Shown here: piece after piece, positions 1 through 9,875 of the stretch
Layout: each line of letters begins with the position of its first letter
Position numbering within the stretch: the first letter of the stretch is position 1
Assembly: GCA_963718615.1 (NCBI GenBank)
Contig: OY970368.1
Location: forward strand, 736,001-800,000
DNA from: an uncultured cyanobacterium
GTDB taxonomy: Bacteria > Cyanobacteriota > Cyanobacteriia > PCC-9006 > JAAUQQ01
Direction of reading: 5' to 3'
Length of the DNA stretch: 64,000 nt
The notes under the pieces: model-generated
What the model saw: only the letters and a program-made list of their open reading frames with translations
Database searches by the model: none
Told to the model about the DNA's origin: nothing
Made by a program: the position numbers and the translations under genes

Positions 1-1
1 G

Positions 2-145
2 GACATCGAAACCTGCTACAGCTACGGCGTGAACAGCTATCTACTCAAACCCATGGATCTCAAAGCATTTAAGCGGCTCATCCAGGTATTCATCGAGTAT
101 TGGTTCAGCATTGTCGTCTTACCAGATGCAAAGACTATACTCTAG
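2..145 (+). CDS. Response regulator receiver protein, Rcp1-like (partial, 3' end only)
   Basis: Hand translation DIETCYSYGVNSYLLKPMDLKAFKRLIQVFIEYWFSIVVLP matches the C-terminus of Rcp1-type receivers (NSY..KP ... W...LP); lies upstream of a hybrid kinase. Confidence 0.8.
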   Translation, partial: DIETCYSYGVNSYLLKPMDLKAFKRLIQVFIEYWFSIVVLPDAKTIL

Positions 146-327
146 CAAAGGGGTCTTACTCATATAAGAATCCCTATAGATTGGTAAAGCCGTTCTGCTG
201 CCCTATACTGATTAAGTAAGCGAACCAAGACTGCATGGCAGAGCAATTCATCCTCTCCGGCTCTTCGTTTTAATGAGATTGAAATTCCCTGAGTGGCTTT
301 CTTTCTTGAACTGGACGCCTGATCATT

Positions 328-1962
328 ATGACTGTGGTAAAAACACCAACTGTTTTATTGGTAGAGGATTCGAGCGAAGACCGGGAAACCTATCGTCGCT
401 ACTTGGCTCGGGATAGCTACTTTCACTGGAAATTTCTTGAGGCAGAAGGGGGGGAGCAGGGACTAGCGCTTGCGATCTCCGCCAAACCGGATTTGATTGT
501 GCTGGACTACAATCTGCCTGATCTCAACGGTCTCGAATTTATTCAAGAGCTCCGACGGCTGAGTTTTCCCATCGTCCCCACCCTGCTTATGCCTCCTATT
601 ATTATGGTGACCGGTGAAGGCAGCGAGTCAGTGGCCGTTGCGTCTATGAAAGCGGGCGCAAAGGACTATCTCGTCAAAGGAAGTATGACGCCAGAGAGTT
701 TAGCGCGGATTGGTCGTTACGTTTTGGAGGAGCATAATTTACAGCGATCGCTCCAAATCGCTGAGGAGCGCTTCCGAACCTCTATTGCCAACATTCTAGA
801 TTGCTTTGGCATCTACGTCAGCCTTCGGGATGAGGCAGGCAAAATCTATGGCTTCCAGACGGAATACATCAACCAATCCGCCTGTGAACGAGACCAAGTG
901 GTGCTCTCGGTGGGCTCATCCTCACTTACGGACTCCTCTCCAGCAGACCCACCCCAATGGACTCAGGAGCTCTTTCGAGACTATTGTCAACTGGTTGAAA
1001 CCGGCATCCCGCTCAGTCGAGAGGTGCTAGTTAGGGATGCTTCAGGTGTCGCGCCCTTTGGCATCCAGCAAGCCTTTGATATCCGCGCCACTAAGCTAGG
1101 AGATGGATTTGTTGCCACTTGGCGAGAAATTACGGATCGCAAGCGCACGGAGTTAGAAAACCAACAGTTATTAGCTGCTGCCCAAGCTGCTCGGGAAGAG
1201 GCGGAAGCGGCCAATCGGGCTAAGGACGAATTCGTTGCGATGGTTTCCCACGACCTGCGAAATCCACTCAATTCGATTCTGGGTTGGGTACAAATCTTGC
1301 AGCGGAGCAAGGATGAAACTAAGGTGAAACGGGCGATCGAAATCATCCGCCAAAGTGCACTTAAACAGGTTGCCCTAGTGGATGATCTGCTGGATATGTC
1401 GCGTATTTTACGGGGGACCTTGGAAATTTATCTTCAGCCCATTGACTTTTTGACAGTTCTAAAAGATACGCTGATGTTGATGTTGCCCATGATTCAGCAA
1501 GGAACTTTGCAGTTTTATTTGCGACTGCCGCAACTCACTCTAGAAATTAAACAGGCTAGTGATTTAGAGGCATTAGACCAACTGGGTAAGACTTTGATGA
1601 TTGAAGGGGATACCAATCGCTTAAGCCAAGTCCTCGGGAATCTGCTCACCAATGCGCTCAAGTTTACGCCGGAAAATGGCCAGATCCAGGTCGAGCTCAA
1701 GATCTTTGAGTTTTCTCTACAACTCAGCATTCGTGATAGCGGGCGAGGGATTGCGCCCGAGCTGTTACCCGTCATTTTTGATCGATTTCACCAGGGAGAG
1801 GGGTTAACCAAGAGTCAAGGATTGGGATTGGGGCTGGCGATCGCCCAATCCCTCATTCAGCTTCACCACGGACGGATTTGGGCAGAAAGTGATGGCCCCA
1901 ATCAGGGAGCCACGTTTACAATTGAGCTTCCCTTAGTGGCATCCTTCCGCCTTGCGACCTAG
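328..1962 (+). CDS. Hybrid sensor histidine kinase (REC - PAS-like - HisKA - HATPase)
   Basis: N-terminal LLVED...DLIVLDYNLPD receiver; SHDLRNPL H-box; NLLTNALKF N-box; DSGRGI and GLGLGLAI G-boxes. Confidence 0.93.
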   Translation: MTVVKTPTVLLVEDSSEDRETYRRYLARDSYFHWKFLEAEGGEQGLALAISAKPDLIVLDYNLPDLNGLEFIQELRRLSFPIVPTLLMPPIIMVTGEGSESVAVASMKAGAKDYLVKGSMTPESLARIGRYVLEEHNLQRSLQIAEERFRTSIANILDCFGIYVSLRDEAGKIYGFQTEYINQSACERDQVVLSVGSSSLTDSSPADPPQWTQELFRDYCQLVETGIPLSREVLVRDASGVAPFGIQQAFDIRATKLGDGFVATWREITDRKRTELENQQLLAAAQAAREEAEAANRAKDEFVAMVSHDLRNPLNSILGWVQILQRSKDETKVKRAIEIIRQSALKQVALVDDLLDMSRILRGTLEIYLQPIDFLTVLKDTLMLMLPMIQQGTLQFYLRLPQLTLEIKQASDLEALDQLGKTLMIEGDTNRLSQVLGNLLTNALKFTPENGQIQVELKIFEFSLQLSIRDSGRGIAPELLPVIFDRFHQGEGLTKSQGLGLGLAIAQSLIQLHHGRIWAESDGPNQGATFTIELPLVASFRLAT

Positions 1963-2025
1963 GCCCAAACTCAAGGATCTGTCGATCCATTGGGCCAAAA
2001 ATCTGCCTTGACGTAGCTCAAATCT

Positions 2026-2748
2026 ATGGCTCCCGACAGAGAGCAGACCAATAATTTTGGGGGAAACTGGGAAAGATACCCGAGAACCGTGGCTAAGCGA
2101 TCCGTGGCTAAGCAATCCGCTCCCCAATCTGTGACATCGACCTCAATGGGCTCCATTGTAATTAATGGAGAACGGTATCCGTTGCCCAAACAGGTGGTCA
2201 GAAATATCAAGGCCATCATCCAGGTACAGGCTAAACAAGAACGGAATCTTCCGTTTCACGAGCGCTTGCTGGGAAAGATTGCGACGGTGTTGGGTAAACC
2301 ACAATTCTTATATTTTCAAACCTTTTTCTTTCTAATCTGGGCACTCTTGAGCCGACTGGTTGAGCTGCAACTTCTGCATTGGCAAATCCCACTCTTGCGT
2401 TTCCAAGACCAAGGTATTGACGTCGCTTCGCTAATGATTGCAACGGGGGTTTTAATCTACCAAAGTCGTCAGGAAAAACTCTCTGAGCAGCGATCGCACC
2501 TAATGCTGCAAATTAATTTACTAAATGAACAAAAGATTGCAAAACTAATCGGCCTAGTCGAAGAGCTACGTCGAGATCTACCCGATGTGTGCGATCGCCA
2601 CGACTGGGAGGCCAATATCATGCAGCAATCCACTGATCCGCAGGTTGTCCTGAATATTTTGCAAGAGAACCTGTTACAGCAGGAACCCTCATCAACAGCA
2701 GCAAGTTCTGATGAAGAGAGAGCAGAATTTGTCCAGATCAGTATCTAG
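2026..2748 (+). CDS. DUF1003-family membrane protein
   Basis: Two hydrophobic segments followed by VLIYQSRQEK...HLMLQINLLNEQKIAKLI typical of DUF1003; start may be later. Confidence 0.75.
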   Translation: MAPDREQTNNFGGNWERYPRTVAKRSVAKQSAPQSVTSTSMGSIVINGERYPLPKQVVRNIKAIIQVQAKQERNLPFHERLLGKIATVLGKPQFLYFQTFFFLIWALLSRLVELQLLHWQIPLLRFQDQGIDVASLMIATGVLIYQSRQEKLSEQRSHLMLQINLLNEQKIAKLIGLVEELRRDLPDVCDRHDWEANIMQQSTDPQVVLNILQENLLQQEPSSTAASSDEERAEFVQISI

Positions 2749-3043
2749 CTATTAAATTTCATATAATTTCATATAATTGTATCCGTAATCATAAAAGAAT
2801 TACTTTTACTAGCCAAACTTTTATCGATCAAGCCTTCGATAAGATAGATCTTTAGGATATATCTTTAGGCGGACAAGGTTTAGGAGAAAGCAACCTATTG
2901 TAAAAAGCTGAGAAGGTTATTCGGCGATCGCACCTGGCAGTCCAGCCCTGAAACCCTAGCAGCCTTCTAGACCATTACAGAACTTGTAGCCCCCTAAAGG
3001 CCGATCATAATCCTTTCTACTTTTTGACCACTAGGACAAATGT

Positions 3044-4522
3044 ATGTCTGATCTAAATGGCGTCATGATGCAGTATTTCCATTGGTATCTCCCTCCCGAT
3101 GGAACGTTGTGGAATGAATTGGCCGAAAATGCCGAAGAACTTGCAAAAGTTGGTATTACATCGCTTTGGCTACCCCCTGCTTACAAGGGCACGGGAGGCG
3201 GCTACGATGTGGGTTATGGCGTCTATGACATGTATGACTTGGGAGAGTTTGATCAAAAGGGTTCGGTGCGTACCAAATACGGTACAAAAGATGAATATGT
3301 AAATGCCATCAAAACAGCGAAGAAAGCGGGTTTACAAGTTTATGCAGACGTGGTGTTTAATCACAAGCTAGGTGGTGATGCGGAAGAAGAAGCCATGGCA
3401 ACACCCTTTAGCAATGATAATCGTCATGAGGCGATCGGCGAGTTTCAAAAAATCAAAGCCTGGACCAATTTCACATTCCCAGGACGACAAGGTAAGTATT
3501 CGGATCTGGAATGGCATTGGTGGCATTTTACTGCGGTTGACTACAATGCCTACAATCAAGAAATGACTGCGGTTTATCTGTTTGAAGGCAAAGTTTTTGA
3601 TGAGCAGGTTGATTTAGAAAATGGTTGTTTTGATTATTTGATGGGCTGTGACTTAGATGTTAATCATCCTGAAGTTCGAGAGGATTTGAACAACTGGGGG
3701 GCCTGGTATGTTGATACGGTAGATATCGATGGTGTACGCTTCGATGCCGTCAAACATGTTAGAGCTGGTTACTTTCCAGAATGGCTGAATCATGTTCGGA
3801 AACATGCAGGTCGTCGACTCTTTGCAGTAGGCGAGTATTGGTCCTATGACGTGGAAGCGTTGCACTACTTTTTAGAGGTCACCGGTGGCGATGTGGCGCT
3901 GTTTGATGCGCCGCTGCACCGCAATTTTAGCGAGGCGAGTAAGGCGGGCAATGGCTATGATATGCGCCAGATTTTTGATCACACGTTGGTGCAGGATCAA
4001 CCGGCTTTAGCGGTAACACTGGTGGCGAATCACGATACTCAACCCTTGCAATCCTTGGAATCTGTAGTTGAGGGCTGGTTTAAACCCTTAGCCTATGCCT
4101 TAATTCTGTTGCGTCGAGATGGCTATCCCTGCATCTTTTACGCGGATTACTATGGTACTCATTACAAGGATTATGGCAATGATGGCGGTGAGTACGAAAT
4201 TTGGATGGATAGTCACCGTTGGTTAATTGACAAGTTTCTAGAAGCTCGTCAAGCCTATGCCTATGGCGATCAGTATGACTATTTCGACCATGCCAATACC
4301 CTCGGTTGGACACGTTTGGGAGATGAGGAACATCCGGGCGGTATGGCTGTGGTTTTGAGCAATGGTGATGCCGGGAGCAAATGGATGGAGGTGGGGTATC
4401 CCAATCAAGTCTATGTGGACCTGACGGAGCATATTGACAAACCGATTACGACAAATGAGGAGGGCTGGGCTGATTTTTGCTGTGAGGCGGGTTCGGTGTC
4501 GGTTTGGGTTCCGAAACTGTAA
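3044..4522 (+). CDS. amyA: Cytoplasmic alpha-amylase (GH13)
   Basis: MMQYFHWY, DVGYGVYD.YDLGEFDQKG, RFDAVKH, VGEYW and NHDTQP catalytic motifs of liquefying-type GH13 amylases. Confidence 0.95.
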   Translation: MSDLNGVMMQYFHWYLPPDGTLWNELAENAEELAKVGITSLWLPPAYKGTGGGYDVGYGVYDMYDLGEFDQKGSVRTKYGTKDEYVNAIKTAKKAGLQVYADVVFNHKLGGDAEEEAMATPFSNDNRHEAIGEFQKIKAWTNFTFPGRQGKYSDLEWHWWHFTAVDYNAYNQEMTAVYLFEGKVFDEQVDLENGCFDYLMGCDLDVNHPEVREDLNNWGAWYVDTVDIDGVRFDAVKHVRAGYFPEWLNHVRKHAGRRLFAVGEYWSYDVEALHYFLEVTGGDVALFDAPLHRNFSEASKAGNGYDMRQIFDHTLVQDQPALAVTLVANHDTQPLQSLESVVEGWFKPLAYALILLRRDGYPCIFYADYYGTHYKDYGNDGGEYEIWMDSHRWLIDKFLEARQAYAYGDQYDYFDHANTLGWTRLGDEEHPGGMAVVLSNGDAGSKWMEVGYPNQVYVDLTEHIDKPITTNEEGWADFCCEAGSVSVWVPKL

Positions 4523-4735
4523 TTCAATGGCGTGCGGGGCATGGTGTAACTTCCATGTCCTGCTTTATGCGGCAGCAGGTTGCGATCGCATCGCAACCTG
4601 CCCCAAATCACGCAACACCTGCAACACCTGATACAAGTCATGACTTTTGCCGAACATCTGACCTGAGGCTTGACGGGCAGTCCCCTCTAGACGGACGCTA
4701 CTGCTACAGCATTGTGCCTTGGCAGGCTTTCGTTT

Positions 4736-6508
4736 ATGCAGCGCATTCTCCCCGACTGGCAAACCCTTTCCCTCGAACAGCAGGTTGCTCAACTTTTTGT
4801 TGTGCGTACCACAGGCCATCTATTTGACCACCAGATTCGCTATCCCCAATGGGAAGCGCCGAATGCCACACTCAAGCATTGGATTCAAGATCTGGGAGTT
4901 GGGGGTGTCATTTTATTGGGGGGAAGTGCAGCGGAACTGGCCTTGCGGACCCAGCAACTGCAAGACTGGGCAGACTTGCCCCTGTTCCTGGCTGCGGATA
5001 TTGAAGAAGGCGTGGGTCAACGGTTTGCTGGGGCGATTTGGATGCCGCCGCCCATGGCCCTGGGGGCGATCGCCCAAACCCACCTCAACCTCGCCCTCAA
5101 CCTCGCCGAGCAGTTCGGGTCCACCACCGCCGAAGAAGCCCATGCCATTGGTCTCAACTGGGTCTTAGCCCCCGTCGTGGATGTCAATAATAATCCCCTC
5201 AATCCCGTCATCAATGTGCGGGCCTTTGGCGAAGATCCAGCAATGGTCAGTCAGCTCACCACGGCCTTTATTCGTGGAGTTCAATCCCATCCCGTTCTCG
5301 CCACCGCCAAGCATTTTCCCGGCCACGGCGACACCGCGACGGATTCCCATTTGGACCTGCCCCAAATTCGCCATGCTTGGGAGCGGCTGCACGCAGTGGA
5401 GTTGGAACCCTTTCGGGCGGCGATCGCCACCTCCGTCGCCTCGATCATGACCGCCCACCTGCTGCTCCCCAGCCTCGACACAGAATATCCCGCTACCCTT
5501 TCCCCAAAAATTCTCACCGATTTACTGCGGGAAAACCTGGGATTTGATGGCCTAATCGTCACCGATGCCCTCGTAATGCAGGCCATTACCCAGCGCTATG
5601 GTCCCTACGAGGCCCCCGTGCTCGCCTTCGAGGCGGGAGCCGATGTGCTGCTCATGCCCGTAGACCCCGTGGGCGCGATCGAGGCGGTGTGTGAGGCCCT
5701 GCGGGTGGGGCGGATTCCGGTAGAGCGCCTGCACTACTCCCTCGAACGGATTTGGCGGGCGAAAATGCGCATCAACGACGTTCCTGAAAGCCTGGGCTCC
5801 TGTCACGCTTGGGAGGGAGAACCACCGCCCACGATCAGCCTTGCGCCGCTGGCACAGCCCGAAACCCTGGCCCTGCGGGACCAGATTTTACAAACCGCTC
5901 AGCAAACCAGCGGGGCAATCCCATTGGCAGCTCTGGAACAGGCCGGTCGCAATCTTGTGCTGGTGGACAATCTCCTGGAAACCCCCTTTTTGAATAGCGC
6001 CAGTCCGGCGATCGCCCTACCCCCAACCTACGGCTATCGCTCCCAATGGTTCGATCAGCAATCCATCCACGCGCTCCCCACGGACCCCAGCTTGAACCCA
6101 CCCACCCTGGTCCAACTGTTTATTCGCGGCAATCCGTTTCGGGGCTCCGCTGGATCTTCAGCCTCGGCGATCGCTCTGTTACAAACTCTCCTAGACCAAA
6201 ATCATCTACGGGGCCTCGTGGTTTACGGCAGTCCCTACGTTTGGCAGCAGCTTCTGGCCATTTTGCCGCAGGATTTACCGGCAGTGTTTAGCTATGGACA
6301 AATGCCAGCGGCCCAGGCGATCGCGTTGCAGACGCTTTTTCAGGGGGATCAAGAGGGTCAGGGCGATCGCCCTCTCCCTGGTAAAAGCCTCCCTCATGCT
6401 GTTCCTGGATTTTTGTCTGAAAATCGACCTGAAAAAAGGACCGAAATGACATCGGAAACTCATAAAAAAGTGCGATTTGAAACTCCAATTCAGGCTTTTA
6501 CGGATTGA
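4736..6508 (+). CDS. GH3 beta-N-acetylhexosaminidase / beta-glucosidase
   Basis: ADIEEGVG, APVVDVN, KHFPGHGDTATDSH (NagZ-type motif) and LIVTDAL. Confidence 0.9.
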   Translation: MQRILPDWQTLSLEQQVAQLFVVRTTGHLFDHQIRYPQWEAPNATLKHWIQDLGVGGVILLGGSAAELALRTQQLQDWADLPLFLAADIEEGVGQRFAGAIWMPPPMALGAIAQTHLNLALNLAEQFGSTTAEEAHAIGLNWVLAPVVDVNNNPLNPVINVRAFGEDPAMVSQLTTAFIRGVQSHPVLATAKHFPGHGDTATDSHLDLPQIRHAWERLHAVELEPFRAAIATSVASIMTAHLLLPSLDTEYPATLSPKILTDLLRENLGFDGLIVTDALVMQAITQRYGPYEAPVLAFEAGADVLLMPVDPVGAIEAVCEALRVGRIPVERLHYSLERIWRAKMRINDVPESLGSCHAWEGEPPPTISLAPLAQPETLALRDQILQTAQQTSGAIPLAALEQAGRNLVLVDNLLETPFLNSASPAIALPPTYGYRSQWFDQQSIHALPTDPSLNPPTLVQLFIRGNPFRGSAGSSASAIALLQTLLDQNHLRGLVVYGSPYVWQQLLAILPQDLPAVFSYGQMPAAQAIALQTLFQGDQEGQGDRPLPGKSLPHAVPGFLSENRPEKRTEMTSETHKKVRFETPIQAFTD

Positions 6509-6765
6509 GGACCTAATTGTCGAATCATTAGCCCAAATTTCGGACATTCTCAGATTTCTCAATCCCGCGCAAACTGCCGTAACAATTGACGGTTTTGTTT
6601 GACTTTTTAAGTTTCTCTGTTACCGTTTGATAAAGTAAATGTGAGTTAGCGCTTGTAGTCGTCGTGGCTTTAGGACACTACAGTTTCGCAACGCTACTGG
6701 GTGAGCAGGGGCATCTACCATTCATTCATCGACTGTGCTCTCTCAGGGATTCAATTGTATTCATC

Positions 6766-8127
6766 ATGATGGCTTCTGCAAATACGACTCAGGCCGACTC
6801 TGCCGATTTGCCCACGGTGTTGCCGAGCATCGTCAATTCTGGTGCCCGCTATCAGTTTACGATCGGGGAAATCGGCATCCTGGGCGGTAGCTTAGGGGAT
6901 GATCAAATCACGGGTGATCAAAACGAAAATTGGATCTTTGGGTTCGACGGTGATGATCAATTGGATGGCCAAGGGGGGAGCGATCGCCTCTTTGGGGGGG
7001 AGGGCAATGACCAGCTTTTTGGGGGAGCAGGGGACGACCAGCTCTTTGGGGAAGCGGGGGATGATCAGCTGGATGGGGGTGCTGGAAATGATTATCTCCA
7101 GGGGGGCCTAGGGGCCGATCGCCTGAATGGGGGCGAGGGCATCGATACAGCGGACTACAGTGATTTGGGGCGGGCTATCACCCTGCGCTATGCCTTTGAC
7201 TTTGTCCCTTCTCCGCCCTCAGATCCTCAGGCCACCAGCACAACCAGCGCGACCAACAATGCTTTAGTGGCCATTCCCCAGTGGCAGCTCACCAAGCTTG
7301 CACCCACAAATTCCGCAGCCTCTCGCTATGGGCGAGGCGATGCTGATAGTTTGAGAACGAAACCCAATAGCGATACCCTCAGCGCCATCGAAGTCATCAT
7401 CGCGCCCCAGAGCCAAACCAACACCTTGGACTTTTCCTATCGCACCGTGGCCTCCCAGTTTGACCCCACGCCTGCGGTTTCAGCCCCTGCGATCGCCGTA
7501 GACCTGGCGACAGGAGCGCTGTCCTTTGATGTAGCGGGAACGCCCCAGTCGCTTACGGTCAAGAACTTCGTGCAGGTCATCGGTTCCTATGGGAACGATC
7601 AGATCACTGGAGACAGCAACGCTAATTATCTGGATGGGGGGGCCGGGGAGGATGTTTTGATCGGGGGCGAGGGGAACGACATCTTGCGCACAACTGAACA
7701 GGATTCCCTTACGGGAGGTCTAGGAGCCGACCAGTTTCAGATTGGGGCGGTTTGGGCGGCTTATTCTGGCCGATCAGGCTTTAAGCCTCGCTCGATTCAG
7801 CCAAGTACGATTGAGGATTTTAACTCAGCGGAACAGGATCGACTGGTGTTATCGAGTAAATTTGAGACGGGTCTGATTCTCGCAGATAATCGCGCGTTGC
7901 AATACATTCCCTTTTATCGGCTCACGCCAGGAGCGCTATCGGAAGCTGAGTTTCTCATTCAAGGCCAAGGTAGCACGACGGATGCGACGCGCATTATTTA
8001 CGACAATCAAACGGGTGATGTGTTTTATCAAGGACCTGGGCTTTATCGCGGTCTCACTAGTCCTGTTAAGATAGCCGTTTTGGCTGGCGCACCGACGCTG
8101 CAAGCCAGCGACATCGTCGTGATCTGA
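6766..8127 (+). CDS. RTX-type calcium-binding secreted protein
   Basis: Two arrays of GGxGxDxLx nonapeptides and a C-terminal T1SS-like tail (RIIYDNQTG.VFY...ASDIVVI). Confidence 0.88.
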   Translation: MMASANTTQADSADLPTVLPSIVNSGARYQFTIGEIGILGGSLGDDQITGDQNENWIFGFDGDDQLDGQGGSDRLFGGEGNDQLFGGAGDDQLFGEAGDDQLDGGAGNDYLQGGLGADRLNGGEGIDTADYSDLGRAITLRYAFDFVPSPPSDPQATSTTSATNNALVAIPQWQLTKLAPTNSAASRYGRGDADSLRTKPNSDTLSAIEVIIAPQSQTNTLDFSYRTVASQFDPTPAVSAPAIAVDLATGALSFDVAGTPQSLTVKNFVQVIGSYGNDQITGDSNANYLDGGAGEDVLIGGEGNDILRTTEQDSLTGGLGADQFQIGAVWAAYSGRSGFKPRSIQPSTIEDFNSAEQDRLVLSSKFETGLILADNRALQYIPFYRLTPGALSEAEFLIQGQGSTTDATRIIYDNQTGDVFYQGPGLYRGLTSPVKIAVLAGAPTLQASDIVVI

Positions 8128-8136
8128 TTTACGGGG

Positions 8137-8487
8137 TCACGACAGAAGTAATGGCTCGATCTTTGCCTGTACTTCCTCAATGACACTTACTGGAACAGAC
8201 TCAACAAACTGAACACCACGGGCTTTCCAATCCAGACACTTGATTTGATCGGCAAGAATCACGCCTTGAATCTGCAACTCAAGCGGTAGAGGGACTTCAA
8301 AGGGATATCCTTTTTGCTGTTTAGTGATGGGCATAAACAGGGCTAGAGAACTTTTGGCGTTGTAACTCCGAGGTGAAATCACAAAAGCAGGTCGATGCCC
8401 TCTTTGTTCGTGACCTTTGGTTGGATCAAAGTTCAGGTAGACAATGTCTCCCCGATCTGGGATATAGCGATCGGTTGGTGCTACCAA
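8137..8487 (-). CDS. mazF: MazF/PemK endoribonuclease toxin
   Basis: YIPDRGDIVYLNFDPTKGHEQRGHRPA.V.SP..YN and KGYPFEV motifs. Confidence 0.95.
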   Translation of the reverse strand: MVAPTDRYIPDRGDIVYLNFDPTKGHEQRGHRPAFVISPRSYNAKSSLALFMPITKQQKGYPFEVPLPLELQIQGVILADQIKCLDWKARGVQFVESVPVSVIEEVQAKIEPLLLS

Positions 8488-8723
8488 GATTCATTCCCCA
8501 CCGGCGTACCACTCTCAATCTCAGTATGTAGATTTTCTGGTGTAATGGCAGAAATCAAATCCTCTAAGGAGTACCGCTTTCGGGTTTTGGGTTTGATGAC
8601 GAGATTACCATCGATCACTACCAGATCGACCTCGACACCTTCGGTGAGGTGGACCTCTTTAAGTAAGTGCTGGGGAAGTCGAATCGCTAAACTATTTCCC
8701 CACCTTGCCACTGTCGTCACCAT
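8481..8723 (-). CDS. mazE: MazE (AbrB-type) antitoxin
   Basis: WGNSLAIRLP...YSLEDLI..ITPENLH.EI..G.PVGNE.W; overlaps mazF start. Confidence 0.95.
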   Translation of the reverse strand: MVTTVARWGNSLAIRLPQHLLKEVHLTEGVEVDLVVIDGNLVIKPKTRKRYSLEDLISAITPENLHTEIESGTPVGNESW

Positions 8724-8783
8724 AGGTTTAACCTTACTCTTGGTTGAGTTGAAGCACTGCGTAATTTGCTCCTTTGAAGAAAC

Positions 8784-8809
8784 GTATATACAGAGTATCT
8801 ACATTGTAG
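8784..8809. promoter_or_regulatory. Putative mazEF autorepression operator
   Basis: GTATATAC-AGA-GTATCTAC-ATTGTAG nested palindromes ~60 bp upstream of mazE, resembling the alternating palindrome of mazEF promoters. Confidence 0.55.
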
Positions 8810-8909
8810 TGGCTTGGCAGAGGCTTGGCAATTATGGGAAGAAAGAGATCTGAATCTTGAATATCTCACCAAAGACTTACGATGCTGCCCCTAGCGACAA
8901 CTTGAAGCA

Positions 8910-8988
8910 GTCCAACACTCCCAATCAACCGATGCAGATAACCTTGAACTCTATCCGATGACTTCTCAGCGGTCGGTGTGCGTTAGGA
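8910..8988 (+). repeat. attC-like recombination site (degenerate)
   Basis: GTCCAAC (RYYYAAC) at 8910-8916 and GTTAGGA at 8982-8988 with inner ACCGA/TCGGT arms; abuts the stop codon of the 8990-9616 gene. Confidence 0.5.
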
Positions 8989-8989
8989 T

Positions 8990-9616
8990 TTATGCTTCTT
9001 CGAGTTGCAGAATAGCAATCAGTTCTGCAAGCAAAACATCTAGATACTGAGAGAAGTTAACTTGTAAAGAACTAGGAAGAACTTCTTTTTTCCGAATTTG
9101 AACATGAAGATGAGAATCTGCTATTTTTCTGCCTCCATTTTCAAGGTGCTGCATTATATTCTTAAAACTCCTTCCGCCATATTCCGAAGCTACTTCCTTA
9201 AATGAAGCTTTAGAGAAAATAGGAGGAACATGATCTAATATTGCCCTTAAAAGCATTGCTGTAGCTAAGTTAAGATCATTAGCATGAGCGATATTAAGTT
9301 CCTCACACAGTCTTATTAATTTCGTCAAATCAACTCGCTTCGATTTTATTATCTTCAACTCCTGAATCCGTGTTGCACTCACATACCCAAAACTCTCAGC
9401 TAAGCTAGCCATCAAACTCTGATCAGATAATTGGCTTTCTTTCCCAGATCCAGAGTTATTTTTAATGATCTCTTGTTGCCGAAGACTCAACAAAACCTGA
9501 ATTTTTTTGTCGTAAGCTTCTTTCGCGCTCGGATCACCGAAACCACCGCCATGTTCTGTTAATGAGATGAGATGCTCAATCTCTTGGTCTATATCCTCTA
9601 TCTTTCTTCTTTCCAT
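8990..9616 (-). CDS. Hypothetical protein with possible HEPN/DUF4145-like helical C-terminal domain
   Basis: AT-rich 208-aa ORF; ATAMLLRAILDHVPPIF...RKIADSHLH; family assignment is inference. Confidence 0.7.
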   Translation of the reverse strand: MERRKIEDIDQEIEHLISLTEHGGGFGDPSAKEAYDKKIQVLLSLRQQEIIKNNSGSGKESQLSDQSLMASLAESFGYVSATRIQELKIIKSKRVDLTKLIRLCEELNIAHANDLNLATAMLLRAILDHVPPIFSKASFKEVASEYGGRSFKNIMQHLENGGRKIADSHLHVQIRKKEVLPSSLQVNFSQYLDVLLAELIAILQLEEA

Positions 9617-9643
9617 CAGATTTCCAAGACCTGTAATTTAGAG

Positions 9644-9669
9644 AAGCATAAAAAGTAATTTTTATGCTT
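9644..9669. promoter_or_regulatory. Perfect 11-bp inverted repeat upstream of the 9616 gene
   Basis: AAGCATAAAAA-GTAA-TTTTTATGCTT. Confidence 0.45.
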
Positions 9670-9752
9670 AATGCCTGATAACTCCTCCCCCTCAAGTATT
9701 TTCAAGCGCCAACGCCGTATAATCCCCAGCCTCAGCCTCTTATCCACACAAT

Positions 9753-9792
9753 CATGCTGGATAACACCCCAGAACAGGAATTATCCAGCATG
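9753..9792. repeat. Perfect 12-bp inverted repeat (hairpin; possible terminator or dispersed repeat)
   Basis: CATGCTGGATAA-N16-TTATCCAGCATG downstream of the nucleotidase gene. Confidence 0.5.
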
Positions 9793-9875
9793 TCTCATTA
9801 TAATCACCCCATTGAAATCAGCGTAGAAAATTACAAAATCTTCACCACTAATTCAGGGCCTCTAATCTCTCAGTC

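Noticed and set aside
9740-9748. Perfect DnaA box TTATCCACA suggesting an origin
   Set aside because: Single perfect copy beside a hairpin repeat; no convincing box cluster or oriC gene context
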